DNA of 64,000 bases, taken from an uncultured delta proteobacterium (lineage in GTDB: Bacteria; Myxococcota; Myxococcia; SLRQ01). The stretch lies in assembly GCA_963727485.1 (NCBI GenBank), contig CAVSGM010000002.1, positions 192,001-256,000 on the forward strand, read 5' to 3'. Under the pieces are notes generated by a model that saw nothing but the letters and a program-made list of their open reading frames with translations, did no database searches and was not told where the DNA came from. The translations under genes were made by a program, and so were the position numbers. Within the stretch, counting starts at the first letter, position 1; every line of letters starts with the position of its first letter. This document shows, piece after piece, positions 1 to 14,891 of this stretch.

Positions 1-120
1 GTGATCTCCATCGACGCCCGCTACGCCCGGACGGTGCCCCTCCCGGGCCTCAAGCGAGACCACACCTTCTGGTTCACGGCGCACTGCGAGCAGACCCTTC
101 AGGGCGTGAGCTGGAAGTGA
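1..120 (+). CDS. 3' end of a hypothetical protein (partial, runs in from before the window)
   Basis: Frame 1 is open with GC3-rich codons (VISIDARYARTVPLPGLKRDHTFWFTAHCEQTLQGVSWK) and ends at TGA 118-120, 1 nt before pyrR. Confidence 0.6.
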   Translation: MISIDARYARTVPLPGLKRDHTFWFTAHCEQTLQGVSWK

Positions 121-121
121 C

Positions 122-672
122 GTGACCCCCCCCCTCGTCGAGCGTCGACGTGCGATGGGCCCGGCCGACATCGACCGGGCCCTCGATGCGATCGCCGACG
201 GCCTGGTCGCCGAGGCGGGCGGTCGGCCCCTGGCCCTGGTGGGCGTCCGGACCGGCGGCGTGCCCCTGGCAGAGCGCCTGGCGACGCGCGTCGAGGCCCT
301 CACCGGCACCCGACCGCCCCTCGGCGTCCTCGACATCACCCTCTACCGGGACGACGTCTTCCGGGGCCTGGAGCAGCCCGAGGTCGGCCCCACCGACATC
401 GCCTTCCCCGTCGGTGACCGGGTCCTTTGCCTCGTGGACGACGTGCTCTATACCGGGCGCACCGTGCGCGCCGCCCTCGACGAGCTCATGGACTTCGGTC
501 GCCCGCGCCGGGTGCTCCTCGCGGTCCTGGTCGACCGCGGCGGCCGGGAGCTCCCCATCCAGGCCGAGCTCGTGGGCGAGGTCCTCGAGGTCGCCCCCGA
601 CGAGTCGGTGCAGGTGCGCCTGAAGGAGACCCACGGCACCGACGAGGTGATGGTCCTCGGCGAGGAGGCGCG

Positions 673-676
<4 letters not shown>
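122..676 (+). CDS. pyrR: Bifunctional pyr operon regulator / uracil phosphoribosyltransferase
   Basis: LDITLYRDD, LVDDVLYTGRTVRAAL and DRGGRELPI motifs; first gene of the pyr cluster; start could be ATG 155. Confidence 0.95.
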
Positions 677-1635
<959 letters not shown>

Positions 1636-1638
1636 GTC

Positions 1639-2934
1639 ATGGCGCGGCGACTGGTGATCAAGGGCGGCCGGATCCTGGACCCGGCGACGGGCCTCGACGA
1701 GGTGCGCTGCCTGGTGGTCGAGGACGGGCGCGTCGCCGGGATGCCCAAGCGCGCGCCCACGAACAAGACCGCGACCACCGTCGACGCCCGGGGGCTTTGG
1801 GTGCTCCCAGGCCTCGTCGACCTCCACGTCCACCTCCGGGAGCCCGGCCACGAGTACAAGGAGACGGTGGCCACCGGGGCCCGGGCGGCGGTGGCGGGCG
1901 GGTTCACCACCATCGTGGCCATGCCCAACACCCACCCGGTGAACGACTCGGTGGCGGTGACGCGCCTCGTCCTCGACCGGGCCCGGGAGGCGGGGCTCGC
2001 CCGCGTGTTCCCCGCCGGCGCCATCACCCGGGGCCTCGAGGGCGAGCACCTCTCGGAGATGGCCGATCTCCTCGGCGCCGGCTGCGTCCTGTTCACCGAC
2101 GATGGTCGGCCGGTGATGCGCACCAGCCTCATGCGCCGGGCCCTCGAGTACGCGAAGGGCCTCGAGGTGCCGGTGATGGTCCACGAGGAGGACCTCACCC
2201 TCTCCAGCGGCGGCGCCATGCACGAGGGGCCCATGGCCACGCGCCTGGGGCTCCCCGGGATTCCCGCCGCCGCCGAGGACGTGATGATCGCCCGGGACGT
2301 CTCCCTGGTGGAGCTCACCGGGGCCCACCTCCACGTGGCCCACGTCTCCACCGCCGGCGGGGTGGGGCGGGTGCGCGAGGCGAAGGCCCGGGGGCTGCCG
2401 GTGACCTGCGAGGTCACGCCCCACCACTTCACCCTCATCGACGAGGCGGTGGCGGGCTACGACACCGACACCAAGATGATGCCGCCCCTCCGGGGCGCGG
2501 CCAATCGCGAGGCCCTCCTCGCGGCCATGGCCGATGGCACCGTGGACGCCATCGCCACCGACCACGCCCCCCACAGCCCGGTGGAGAAGGACGTGGAGTA
2601 CGACCGGGCGGCCAACGGGGTGGTGGGCCTGGAGACCGCCTTCTCCCTCACCCTGAAGCTGGTCCGCGACGGGCGGCTCCCGCTGATGCGGGCGCTCCAC
2701 CTGCTCACCGCCGGCCCCGCCGCGGTGGCGGGCCTCGACGCCGGGACCCTGGCCGTGGGCGCCCCCGCCGACCTGATCCTCGTCGACCCTGAGGCGAGCT
2801 GGGTGGTGGACCCCGCCCGGTTCTTCTCCAAGAGCCGCAACACGCCCTTCAAGGGCATGACCCTCCCCGGTCGCGTGGAGCGCACCTATGTCGGGGGGAA
2901 GCTGGTGCACCGTCACCAGGAGGCGCGCCGATGA
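1639..2934 (+). CDS. pyrC: Dihydroorotase (type I)
   Basis: [20 protein letters not shown] and ATDHAPH motifs. Confidence 0.96.
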   Translation: MARRLVIKGGRILDPATGLDEVRCLVVEDGRVAGMPKRAPTNKTATTVDARGLWVLPGLVDLHVHLREPGHEYKETVATGARAAVAGGFTTIVAMPNTHPVNDSVAVTRLVLDRAREAGLARVFPAGAITRGLEGEHLSEMADLLGAGCVLFTDDGRPVMRTSLMRRALEYAKGLEVPVMVHEEDLTLSSGGAMHEGPMATRLGLPGIPAAAEDVMIARDVSLVELTGAHLHVAHVSTAGGVGRVREAKARGLPVTCEVTPHHFTLIDEAVAGYDTDTKMMPPLRGAANREALLAAMADGTVDAIATDHAPHSPVEKDVEYDRAANGVVGLETAFSLTLKLVRDGRLPLMRALHLLTAGPAAVAGLDAGTLAVGAPADLILVDPEASWVVDPARFFSKSRNTPFKGMTLPGRVERTYVGGKLVHRHQEARR

Positions 2935-4065
2935 GTCGCACCCGGGCGATCCTCGCCCTCGCCGACGGGCTCACCTTCGAGGGCGAGTCGGTGGGCGCCA
3001 CCGGCGAGGCCGTGGGCGAGGTGGTGTTCAACACCGCCCTCACCGGCTACCAGGAGATCCTCACCGACCCCTCCTACGCCGGGCAGATGGTCTGCCTCAC
3101 CTACCCCGAGATCGGCAACTACGGCACCAGCCCCGACGACGGGGAGGCGGCGCGGCCGTTTGCCACCGGGCTCATCGTCCGGGAGGCCAACGCGCCGTCG
3201 TCGTGGCGCTCGGAGCAGGATCTCCACGGCTGGCTCGCCGACCGCGGGGTGGTGGGCATCGCCGGCATCGACACCCGGATGCTGGTCCGCCACCTCACCC
3301 ACCACGGCGCCCAGATGGGGATCCTCTCCACCGAGCCCGGGGCCGACGCCGACGCGCTGGTGGCCCGGGCCCGGGCGCTCCCGGGCATGGAGGGGCGCGA
3401 CCTCGCCTCCGAGGTCACCTGCGCCGAGACCTACCGCTGGGACGGGGGCGGCGTCCCGGGCCTCGACGGCCTCGTCGAGGAGGTGCAGCCGGACGGCGGC
3501 CGCTACCGGGTGGTCGCCTACGACTTCGGGATCAAGCGCAGCATCCTCGGCCTCCTCCACGAGGCGGGCTGCGAGGTCACGGTGGTCCCGGCCCACACCT
3601 CCGCCGAGGACGTCCTCGCCCTGGCGCCGGAGGGGGTCTTCCTCTCCAACGGCCCCGGGGATCCGGCGGCGGTCCCCGGCGCCGGCGAGCGGACCGCCCG
3701 GCTCCTCGGGCGGCTGCCGGTCTTCGGCATCTGCCTGGGCTGCCAGAATCCTCGGCCTGGCCGCCGGGGGGCGCACCTACAAGCTGGGGTTCGGGCACCA
3801 CGGCGCCAACCACCCGGTCAAGGACCTGGCCACCGGACGGGTGGAGATCGCCAGCCAGAACCACGGCTTCGCCCTCGACATCGAGGGCCTCGGTGACCGG
3901 GCCGAGGTCACCCACGTGAACCTCAACGACCAGACCCTCGAGGGCCTGGCCCTCCCCGACCTCGACGCCTTCGCGGTGCAGTACCATCCCGAGGCGGCGC
4001 CCGGGCCCCACGACTCCCGCTACCTCTTCCAGCGCTTCACCGAGGCCATGGCCCGTCGCCGCTGA
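2931..4065 (+). CDS. carA: Carbamoyl-phosphate synthase small subunit (one +1 frameshift near 3747, probably an assembly error)
   Basis: [26 protein letters not shown] and GICLGCQ in the 2931 frame; [32 protein letters not shown] in the 3160 frame. Confidence 0.95.
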
Positions 4066-4140
4066 CCGGCCACCGCCGGAACCGGCCGACGCGCTATACT
4101 CACCACCGGACGCGCAATCCCGCCGTCGCCGCCGCCGCCC

Positions 4141-4800
4141 ATGTACGACGCGCACCTCGAACGGTTGGCAAGCTGGGCCACCTCTCCGCGCTTCGAGGCG
4201 GAGGTCGCTGCTGCCCGCGAGACCTTCTTCGCCGGGACCGGCGTGGTCCACGAGGACGACCGCTCCTTCGAGGCGCGGATGTCCGCGCTCTCCGAGTACT
4301 ACCTCCTCGACCGGCCGCTGGCCGCCGACGGCGCCGGACGAACCCCGGCCCGGCTCTTCCTCGACGAGTCCGGCGACGCCCTGGAGCCCGAGGCCCGCAC
4401 GGCCCTGGAGGGCCTCACCCGGACCCACTCGGGGCTCTTCGAGATCCGCAAGCTCAAGGATGGGCTGGTGCTGGTCCAGGACGTCTTCGAGGGCGGTCGG
4501 CACGAGGTCCGCGAGCGCCGGCGCCTCGCGGGCCTGGAGAAGGGGGACCTGGTGCAGACGCGCCTGGTGCCCTTCGAGGATGGCGTCCTCTTCGGGCGGG
4601 CCTTCGTCTTCCATCCACGCCCCGCGCGTCGCCTCATCCTCAAGGCGGTGAAGCGCCGGCGGAAGGCCGGGGAGCTGGAGGACCTCGCGGCGCGGCAGGC
4701 GCTCCTCTGGCGCCTCGCCCACCTGGCCCTGGCCCACGAGCGGCAGCAGGCGAACAACCGGACGCCGCCGCCGGTCGAGCGCATCTACGGCGAGATCTGA
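4141..4800 (+). CDS. Hypothetical protein
   Basis: 219-aa ORF with typical codon bias and globular composition; no motif recognised. Confidence 0.75.
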   Translation: MYDAHLERLASWATSPRFEAEVAAARETFFAGTGVVHEDDRSFEARMSALSEYYLLDRPLAADGAGRTPARLFLDESGDALEPEARTALEGLTRTHSGLFEIRKLKDGLVLVQDVFEGGRHEVRERRRLAGLEKGDLVQTRLVPFEDGVLFGRAFVFHPRPARRLILKAVKRRRKAGELEDLAARQALLWRLAHLALAHERQQANNRTPPPVERIYGEI

Positions 4801-4918
4801 GGGCGCCCAGCGGGCGACCGGCAGGGTGGGGCACGCCGGACTACCGAGATGACGACGGCCGCCCCGAGGGGCGGCCGCCTGGAGGCGCCACGGAGGCGCC
4901 AGGAGCCTGCGGATGGGG

Positions 4919-5440
4919 CTACTTGCCCGCAGGCGGTGTCGCCGGAGCACCCGGGGCTGCGGGCGCACCAGGGGCCGCCGGGGCCCCCGGTGCGGGCTGG
5001 GCCCCGCCGGGCATCAGCGCCGGATCCTCGGGGGGATCGGTGACCATGCCCAGGGTCGCCACTCCGTTTCCCCGGGCCAGGTCGAGGACGTGCATCACCT
5101 GGTCGTAGGGGACCGCGTCGCCGGCGTTGAAGAAGGCGAGGTGATCGGGCACCCCGGCCATCACCGCCGCGAGGCGATCGGGGAAGTCCTGGAGCGTGAC
5201 CTGCTCCTGGTTGATGTAGAGGCGCCCGTCCTTGAACAGGCGGATCACCACCTGGTTCTGCGGGGGCTGGTCGACCTGCTGCTGGTCGTCATCGTTGCTC
5301 GGCACCCGGACCGCCAGCTCCTTCTCGAGGAGCGGGGTGAGCACCATGAAGATGATCAGGAGGACGAGGACGATGTCGACCAACGGGGTGACGTTGATGT
5401 CGCTGCGGGGACCGCCCGAGTTGCCAGTGCTCATCGCCAT
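4919..5440 (-). CDS. exbD: ExbD/TolR family biopolymer transport protein with a C-terminal PGAPAA repeat tail
   Basis: DINVTPLVDIVLVLLIIFMV transmembrane motif. Confidence 0.93.
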   Translation of the reverse strand: MAMSTGNSGGPRSDINVTPLVDIVLVLLIIFMVLTPLLEKELAVRVPSNDDDQQQVDQPPQNQVVIRLFKDGRLYINQEQVTLQDFPDRLAAVMAGVPDHLAFFNAGDAVPYDQVMHVLDLARGNGVATLGMVTDPPEDPALMPGGAQPAPGAPAAPGAPAAPGAPATPPAGK

Positions 5441-5450
5441 GGGTGGTTCC

Positions 5451-5900
5451 TCACTTGTCCTCGCCGCCGCCGTGACCCTTGATCTGGGAGGCGGCCAGGC
5501 TCGCGCCTTGGATGTTGTCCTCTTCCAGGGCCTTGAGCAGCTCGCGGACCTTCTTGTACTCGACGCGCTTGTCGCCCTTGACCATGATCGGCCGGGCGGG
5601 GTTCTGCCGGTGGGCGAGATCGACCCGGGCCGCGAGCTGGTCGACGGTCAGCTTGTCCTTGTCGATCCAGTAGGTGCCGTCGGACTTCACGGCGAGGACG
5701 ATGGGCTCGACGGGCTTCTCCCCCTGCTTGGTGTGCCGCGCCGCGAGGTGCTTGGCCTTGGGCAGCTCGACGTGCTGACCCTTCTGCAGCATCGGTGTGA
5801 TCACCATGAAGATGATGAGCAGCACCAGGCACACGTCGACCAGAGGGGTCACGTTGATGTCGCTGCGGACGCCGCCGCCGCCGCCGGTTGCCATTCCCAT
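5451..5900 (-). CDS. exbD: ExbD/TolR family biopolymer transport protein
   Basis: DINVTPLVDVCLVLLIIFMV and KGDKRVEY motifs. Confidence 0.93.
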   Translation of the reverse strand: MGMATGGGGGVRSDINVTPLVDVCLVLLIIFMVITPMLQKGQHVELPKAKHLAARHTKQGEKPVEPIVLAVKSDGTYWIDKDKLTVDQLAARVDLAHRQNPARPIMVKGDKRVEYKKVRELLKALEEDNIQGASLAASQIKGHGGGEDK

Positions 5901-5925
5901 GGTTCGAATCTCCCGGTGAGGTGGA

Positions 5926-6663
5926 TCAGCCCTGGGCGGCAGCCTTGGGGGCGGCCGGGGACGCAGCCGCGGCCTTGGAGGCGGGGGCGCCCGTGCCCGT
6001 GCCGGCCGAGTCGGGCCGCCGGTCGAGGTAGTCGGCGAGCTCGCCGGTGGCCTCCTGCATGTCCACGGTGGCCATCTCGGTGCGGCCCACCAGGAAGTTG
6101 AAGAAGATCACCGCGGGGATGGCGACGATGAGGCCGAAGGCGGTGTTGAGGAGCGCCTCGCCGATGGACGACGCCACGGTGGCGAAGCCGCCGCCGCCGG
6201 TCGCCGCCATCCGGGTGAAGGCGTCGACGATGCCCATGACGGTGCCGAGGAGGCCGACGAAGGGGGCGGTGGAGCCGACCGTACCCAGCACGCCCTGGCC
6301 GCGCTTGAGGCGCTGCACGCCGCGGAGGGTGGCGCGCTCCATGGCGTTGCGGGTGTGGTGCAGCCGCTCCTCGTGGCCGAGCTTGTCGGGCTTGAGCCAC
6401 TCCTTGAGGCCGGACTCGACCAGGTTGCCCAGGTAGGAGTTGGTCTCCGAGGCCTGCTTGAAGGCCTCCTTCACGCGGCCGGCCGACAGGTGCCCCGCGA
6501 GGTCGGCGGCGAAGCGCCGGGAGCGGCTCCGCTGGAGGAAGAAGGTCAGCGAGCGCTCGATGATCGCGCCGATCGACCAGATGCTCATGGTCGCCAGGGT
6601 CACGGTGACCAGGCGGCCGATGAAGCCCATTTCCTGCCAGATGCTAACGATATTGAATTGCAT
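5926..6663 (-). CDS. exbB: MotA/TolQ/ExbB proton channel protein
   Basis: GSTAPFVGLLGTVMGI and IGEALLNTAFGLIVAIPA motifs. Confidence 0.93.
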   Translation of the reverse strand: MQFNIVSIWQEMGFIGRLVTVTLATMSIWSIGAIIERSLTFFLQRSRSRRFAADLAGHLSAGRVKEAFKQASETNSYLGNLVESGLKEWLKPDKLGHEERLHHTRNAMERATLRGVQRLKRGQGVLGTVGSTAPFVGLLGTVMGIVDAFTRMAATGGGGFATVASSIGEALLNTAFGLIVAIPAVIFFNFLVGRTEMATVDMQEATGELADYLDRRPDSAGTGTGAPASKAAAASPAAPKAAAQG

Positions 6664-6717
6664 GCTTGTCCTCGTTGCGGCGGCCTGGGGGGATGGCTCG
6701 GCCGGCCGGCACGTTGG

Positions 6718-7452
6718 CTACTGCGTCTGCTTGAAGCGGTAGTTGCGGATGACGATCACCGAGATCGGCTGGCCCTTGTTGAGGGCGGGCCTGAACTGGC
6801 AGTGGCTGAGGGCGTTGCGGACGGCCGCATCGAACACCGGGTTCGTGGAGCGCTTGATCTGGATGTTGATCGCCTGGCCGGCGCGGGTGACCGTGTACTC
6901 GGCGATCACCATGCCGTGGATGCCGGCCATCTGCGCCTGCTTCGGGTAGCGCGGCTGGCAGGCGTCGGCATCGACCTCCTTGGGAGGCACCATGCCGGGC
7001 TTGAGGAACACCGGCGGGGGCTCCCCGGTGCCGGTGCCGCCGAGCTGGCCGCCGAGCTGGCCGCCGAGGACGCCGCCCACGACGCCGCCGACCACACCGC
7101 CGGCCACGCCGCCCTCGACGCCCTGGTCCTCGTTGTCGTCGTTGGTGTCGTCGGTCTTCGGCTGTTCCTTGGGGATCTGCTTGGGCACGACCAGCTTGTG
7201 GGTCTTGTGCACCACGTGGTGCTTCTTGTGGTGGGTCGTGTGGTGGCTCGCCGGCGGGGGCGGCGGCGGGGGCGGCGGCGGAGGCGCGTGGAACACGACC
7301 TTCACCGGCCCGTTCTTCGGCTGCTCCGCGACCGCCGTGGCGGCCCGGTACAGCCAGAAGATCAGTCCCAGGTGGAAGGCGATCGCCACGACCATGAAGG
7401 CGCTGCGGCGAACCGCCGAGGGGTTGTTGCTGCTGCCGACTGACTCGAACAC
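6718..7452 (-). CDS. tonB: TonB family energy transducer
   Basis: N-terminal TM helix with His (AIAFHL), poly-Pro, GGVVGG repeats, C-terminal PRYPKQAQMAGIHGMV TonB_C domain; likely GTG start at 7452. Confidence 0.9.
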   Translation of the reverse strand: MFESVGSSNNPSAVRRSAFMVVAIAFHLGLIFWLYRAATAVAEQPKNGPVKVVFHAPPPPPPPPPPPASHHTTHHKKHHVVHKTHKLVVPKQIPKEQPKTDDTNDDNEDQGVEGGVAGGVVGGVVGGVLGGQLGGQLGGTGTGEPPPVFLKPGMVPPKEVDADACQPRYPKQAQMAGIHGMVIAEYTVTRAGQAINIQIKRSTNPVFDAAVRNALSHCQFRPALNKGQPISVIVIRNYRFKQTQ

Positions 7453-7482
7453 TGGACGCTCCCTGCCATTACGAGCCGGGGG

Positions 7483-7512
7483 AGGATGCCGAACCACTTG
7501 TGGCCCTGTCAA
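7483..7512 (-). promoter_or_regulatory. Putative sigma70 promoter of the tonB-exbB-exbD-exbD operon
   Basis: Minus strand TTGACA (7512-7507), 18-nt spacer, CATCCT. Confidence 0.4.
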
Positions 7513-7712
7513 GCGGGGGTGTCGGTCGCGTGGCCAACCACGTCACCGCGACCCGCACCCTCTCCTTAGAGGTGTCCCTGTTTCTGTGACGCATGGGTGG
7601 CGTCCAGCCCCGGCAATGGGTATCCTCCCGCCCGATCCCGAGAGGGTCGGGAACGGGGCCCAAGCTAGGCTTTCATACACACGAGCGCCAGCGCGTGTTC
7701 CCCGGGCCATGC

Positions 7713-7741
7713 TTGACACTCTCAGAACGGGTGGATATACG
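7713..7741 (+). promoter_or_regulatory. Putative sigma70 promoter of the TonB-dependent receptor
   Basis: TTGACA-17 nt-TATACG. Confidence 0.55.
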
Positions 7742-7849
7742 ACCCACGCTCTTGGATCCTGAGATCCCCAAAGTATGCTGGAAGCTTTCCAAACAGCCGT
7801 GACTGAGGGAGCCCGTCGCCAAAAGGCCGTCGGGCGGAGGAGGGAAGTC

Positions 7850-10800
7850 ATGCGATTGACCCGTAACTTTGCGCGTCTTGCCCTGGTGGCACTGGCGGCG
7901 GGGGCCTTTACGGCCGCCCAGGCCCAGACCACCGGAACGATCGTTGGTACGATCCAGGACGCCAGCAACGGCAACCCCATTAGTGGCGCCCTCGTGGTCG
8001 CCCAGTCCCCGTCGCTGCAGGGCGAGCAGACCGCCCTGACCAGTGACGAGGGCACGTTCCGCATCACCCTGCTGCCTCCTGGGCAGTACACGGTGATCGT
8101 CCAGGCCGACGGCTACCGCCCCGGCCAGCGAGGCAACATCACCGTTGACCTCGACAAGACCATCCGGGTCACCATCCAGCTCGTGCCGAAGGCCCTCAAG
8201 GCCAAGGACGTGGTGGTCAAGGCGACCGCCCCGGTCATCGACCAGGGTTCCACCTCCTCCGGCGCGGTGGTCAACGCCGACACCTTCGCGAAGAACGTCC
8301 CCACGGGCCGTTCCTTCCAGTCGGTGCTCAACGTGGCCCCCTCCGCCAGCTCCGACGGGCTGGGCACCACCTTCCGTGGGTCGTCCTCCCCCGAGAACAA
8401 CTGGATCATCGACGGGGTCACCACCACCGACGTCGCCTACGGCAACGGCGGCACCTCGCTGCCGAGCTTCTTCGTGAAGCAGGTCGAGGTGAAGACCGGT
8501 GGCTACCAGGCCGAGTACGGTCGCGCGACCGGCGGCGTGGTCAACGTCGTGACCCGCTCCGGCGGCAACGCCTTCCACGGCGACGCCTTCGTTCGGTTCT
8601 CGTCGGGGGCCCTGAACCTCCCGAGCGCGAACATCCAGACCGGGTCGTCGCCGATCAAGCCGACCGCCCAGCAGAGCCTGAACGTCGACTTCGGCTTCGA
8701 CCTCGGCGGCTACATCATCAAGGACAAGCTCTGGTTCTTCGTGGGCGTGGTGCCCCAGATGGTCACCGACACCTACACCCGGTACGTGGAGCCGAAGACC
8801 ACTGACGCCAGTGGCAACGACTTCACCTCGGGCCTGTGGCAGCCGACCTTCAAGAGCCCCATCGACAGCCTGACCAAGACCTACAACTGGAGCGGCACCA
8901 CCATCGGCCGCATGGCCAAGCTGACCTGGAACGTCAACGAGAACAACTCGGCCCAGCTCTCCTACTTCGGGAACCCGGGGACGGACAGCGGCGTCATCAA
9001 CTCGAGCCTCAACGGCACCGTGGCGGCCCTGTCCGCCAAGGAGGCCGGTGGCAACCAGGACCTTAGCGTCCGGTGGACGAGCAAGCTCCTCAACAAGAAG
9101 ATGCTCGCCGAGGTGTGGTACGGCCTGCACTACGAGACCAGCTCCACGCTGCCGGACACCAGCCTCCTGCAGTCGGGTGAGGGCTCGAGCGTGGCCACCA
9201 ACGTCAGCGGTCCCATCGCCACCCAGTACCAGTACGACTACCTCCCGCCCGAGTTCGCCAACACCCCGGGCTGCGAGCCGACCACCGCCGGTGACAACAC
9301 CACCTCCCCGTGCGCCAGCCGCTACTACATGGAGGGTCCGTGGTGGTACCAGTCGGACAACACCATGACCCGTAACGCGGTCGACCTGAAGTTCACCAAC
9401 TTCGTGAACGCCGCCGGTCACCACGAGATCAAGTACGGTGGCGACTACCAGGTCAACCGGTTCCTCAACAAGTACGGCTACTACAACAAGTACGCCCAGC
9501 GGATCTACAACGGGTATACCCGGACCCAGGCCCTCGGTGACCTGAACGCCGCTGGCGACTTCGTGCCCAAGGACTTCCGCCGTCCGAACGGCCACACCTA
9601 CGACACCAGCCTCTTCCTCCAGGACAACTACTCTCCTGTGGACGGGCTCTCGGTGAACCTCGGCCTCCGTTGGGCCACCCAGCAGGTGTGGGGCACCGGC
9701 CAGAAGAAGGCCTCCATCGCCATCAACGACAACCTGTCGCCGCGCGTTGGCGTGACCTACGACTGGACGGGGACCGGGCGCTCGAAGGTGTCGGCCTACT
9801 ACGGCCGCTTCTACGAGGCCATCCCGATGGACATCAACTCCCGCGCCTTCGGTGGCGAGGTCTTCGGCCTCCAGTGGTGGCTGCCTGACGGCACCAACAT
9901 CACCAACGGCATCTGCTCGCCGGGCAGCTGTGACGCCAGCGGCAACTACTACGCCCTCGGCGGGTCGGGCACCTACGTGGCCCCGGGCCTCAAGGGCCAG
10001 TACATCGACGAGTACAGCGCCGGCGTGCAGTACGAGATCCTCCCGGACCTCGCCGTGGGCGCCAACCTGGTCCACCGCAACCTCGGCCGCATCATCGAGG
10101 ACGTCTCGCCTGACAACGGGAACACCTACATCCTCGCCAACCCCGGCGATCAGGGTGCCCTCGACGCCGGCGTCGCCGACCTCACCAAGCAGCTCCAGGC
10201 GGCCGGTGGCACCATGGGCAGCGACGGGACCCCCGACTGCTCGGCGGCCAGCAACGCGGCCAGCTGCAACGACATCGCCAACAACCTGGTGCTGGTCCGC
10301 GGCGTCAAGGCCTTCCCGGCCCCGACCCGCAACTACGACGCCATCGAGCTGAGCGTGAAGAAGAACTTCTCGCGCAACTGGTACATGGTGGCGTCCCTGA
10401 CCTTCTCCAAGACCTACGGCAACTACCCTGGTCTGTTCACCCCGGAGAACGGTCAGCTCGACCCGAACGTCACCTCCCAGTACGACCTCATCAGCCTCCT
10501 GTACAACCGGACCGGGCCTCTGCGCTCCGACCACCCGGTGTACTTCAAGCTCGACGGGTACTACCTGTGGAACTTCGGTCTGGTCACCGGCCTCTCGCTC
10601 CGCGGGCGCTCCGGCACCCCGATCGACGCCCTCGGTGCCCACCCGGTGTACGGGCCGAACGAGGCCTTCGTCCTCCCCCGTGGCTCCGGCGGCCGTACCC
10701 CTCCGGTCTACGACGTGGACGTGAACGTGGGCTACACGCTGAAGGTGACCGGTGACGTGAAGGTGGCGCTCAACGCCAACATCTTCAACCTGTTCAACTT

Positions 10801-11020
10801 CCAGCAGCTCGTCGGCGTGAGCAGCACCTACACCGACAACAGCGTGATGCCGGTCGTCGGCGGTTCGCTCTCCGACATCCAGGATTCCAGCGGGAACCCG
10901 ACCCTCCTGGACGTCAACGGCGACCTCATCACCAAGAGCCCGACCTGGCGCAAGCCGACGTCGAGCGGCAGTGTGCAGTCGCCGCTCGGGGCCCGGATCG
11001 ACCTCCGCGTCTCCTTCTAG
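7850..11020 (+). CDS. Oar-like TonB-dependent outer-membrane receptor with N-terminal carboxypeptidase-regulatory-like domain
   Basis: Signal peptide (AQAQ), GTIVGTIQDA..ISGALV domain, plug EVKTGGYQAEYGRATGGVVNVVTRSG, FLQDNY/NLGLRW barrel motifs, C-terminal Phe; GGAGG RBS. Confidence 0.93.
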   Translation: MRLTRNFARLALVALAAGAFTAAQAQTTGTIVGTIQDASNGNPISGALVVAQSPSLQGEQTALTSDEGTFRITLLPPGQYTVIVQADGYRPGQRGNITVDLDKTIRVTIQLVPKALKAKDVVVKATAPVIDQGSTSSGAVVNADTFAKNVPTGRSFQSVLNVAPSASSDGLGTTFRGSSSPENNWIIDGVTTTDVAYGNGGTSLPSFFVKQVEVKTGGYQAEYGRATGGVVNVVTRSGGNAFHGDAFVRFSSGALNLPSANIQTGSSPIKPTAQQSLNVDFGFDLGGYIIKDKLWFFVGVVPQMVTDTYTRYVEPKTTDASGNDFTSGLWQPTFKSPIDSLTKTYNWSGTTIGRMAKLTWNVNENNSAQLSYFGNPGTDSGVINSSLNGTVAALSAKEAGGNQDLSVRWTSKLLNKKMLAEVWYGLHYETSSTLPDTSLLQSGEGSSVATNVSGPIATQYQYDYLPPEFANTPGCEPTTAGDNTTSPCASRYYMEGPWWYQSDNTMTRNAVDLKFTNFVNAAGHHEIKYGGDYQVNRFLNKYGYYNKYAQRIYNGYTRTQALGDLNAAGDFVPKDFRRPNGHTYDTSLFLQDNYSPVDGLSVNLGLRWATQQVWGTGQKKASIAINDNLSPRVGVTYDWTGTGRSKVSAYYGRFYEAIPMDINSRAFGGEVFGLQWWLPDGTNITNGICSPGSCDASGNYYALGGSGTYVAPGLKGQYIDEYSAGVQYEILPDLAVGANLVHRNLGRIIEDVSPDNGNTYILANPGDQGALDAGVADLTKQLQAAGGTMGSDGTPDCSAASNAASCNDIANNLVLVRGVKAFPAPTRNYDAIELSVKKNFSRNWYMVASLTFSKTYGNYPGLFTPENGQLDPNVTSQYDLISLLYNRTGPLRSDHPVYFKLDGYYLWNFGLVTGLSLRGRSGTPIDALGAHPVYGPNEAFVLPRGSGGRTPPVYDVDVNVGYTLKVTGDVKVALNANIFNLFNFQQLVGVSSTYTDNSVMPVVGGSLSDIQDSSGNPTLLDVNGDLITKSPTWRKPTSSGSVQSPLGARIDLRVSF

Positions 11021-11051
11021 GTAGACGCGGGTCGAGAAGACCCGAGCTGTA

Positions 11052-11091
11052 GATGAGGGCGGCGGACCTTGATGGTCCCGCCGCCCTCGTC
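11052..11091 (+). terminator. Strong hairpin after the receptor gene
   Basis: GAGGGCGGCGGACC-TTGAT-GGTCCCGCCGCCCTC; no U-tract. Confidence 0.6.
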
Positions 11092-11122
11092 GTATGTATC
11101 GCCCGCGGATCGGAAATCCACC

Positions 11123-14408
<3,286 letters not shown>

Positions 14409-14412
<4 letters not shown>

Positions 14413-14888
14413 TCGACAGCATTCCCATGACCGCCGAGGGCCACGTACGCCTCCGGGACGAGCTCAAGCGCCTCAAGTCCGTCGACCGCCCCGAGGTCTC
14501 CAAGGAGATCGGCGTGGCCCGCGAGCACGGCGACCTCAAGGAGAACGCCGAGTACCACGCGGCCAAGGAGAAGCAGGGGATGATCGAGGCGCGGATCGCC
14601 TACCTCGAAGATCACCTGGCCCGGGCCGAGATCATCGACGTCTCCAAGCTCTCGGGCGACCGGGTGGTCTTTGGCGCCAAGGTGGAGCTCCTCGACGTGG
14701 ACAACGACACCGAGGTCACCTACCAGATCGTCGGCGAGGACGAGGCCGATCTGGACCAGGGGCGCATCTCGGTGCGCTCGCCCATCGCCCGGGCCCTCAT
14801 CGGCAAGGAGGTCGGGGACACGGCGGTGATGCAGACCGGCCGGGGGCGGCGCGAGTACGAGATCCTCGAGGTCGAATTCGAGGCGTAG
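14409..14888 (+). CDS. greA: Transcription elongation factor GreA
   Basis: [18 protein letters not shown] and [14 protein letters not shown]; conserved carB-greA order. Confidence 0.96.
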
Positions 14889-14891
14889 AGG

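Noticed and set aside
100..160. PyrR-binding attenuator upstream of pyrR
   Set aside because: The upstream ORF ends 1 nt before the start; no room and no terminator or antiterminator is visible in this window
7453..7849. Cobalamin or other riboswitch upstream of the TonB-dependent receptor
   Set aside because: Small hairpins are present but no B12-box or other recognisable aptamer core
7673..10642. Long antisense and alternate-frame ORFs (here and e.g. 11314-14346, 19762-22659, 30255-34376)
   Set aside because: Shadow ORFs expected from high-GC codon bias; low-complexity translations with no motifs
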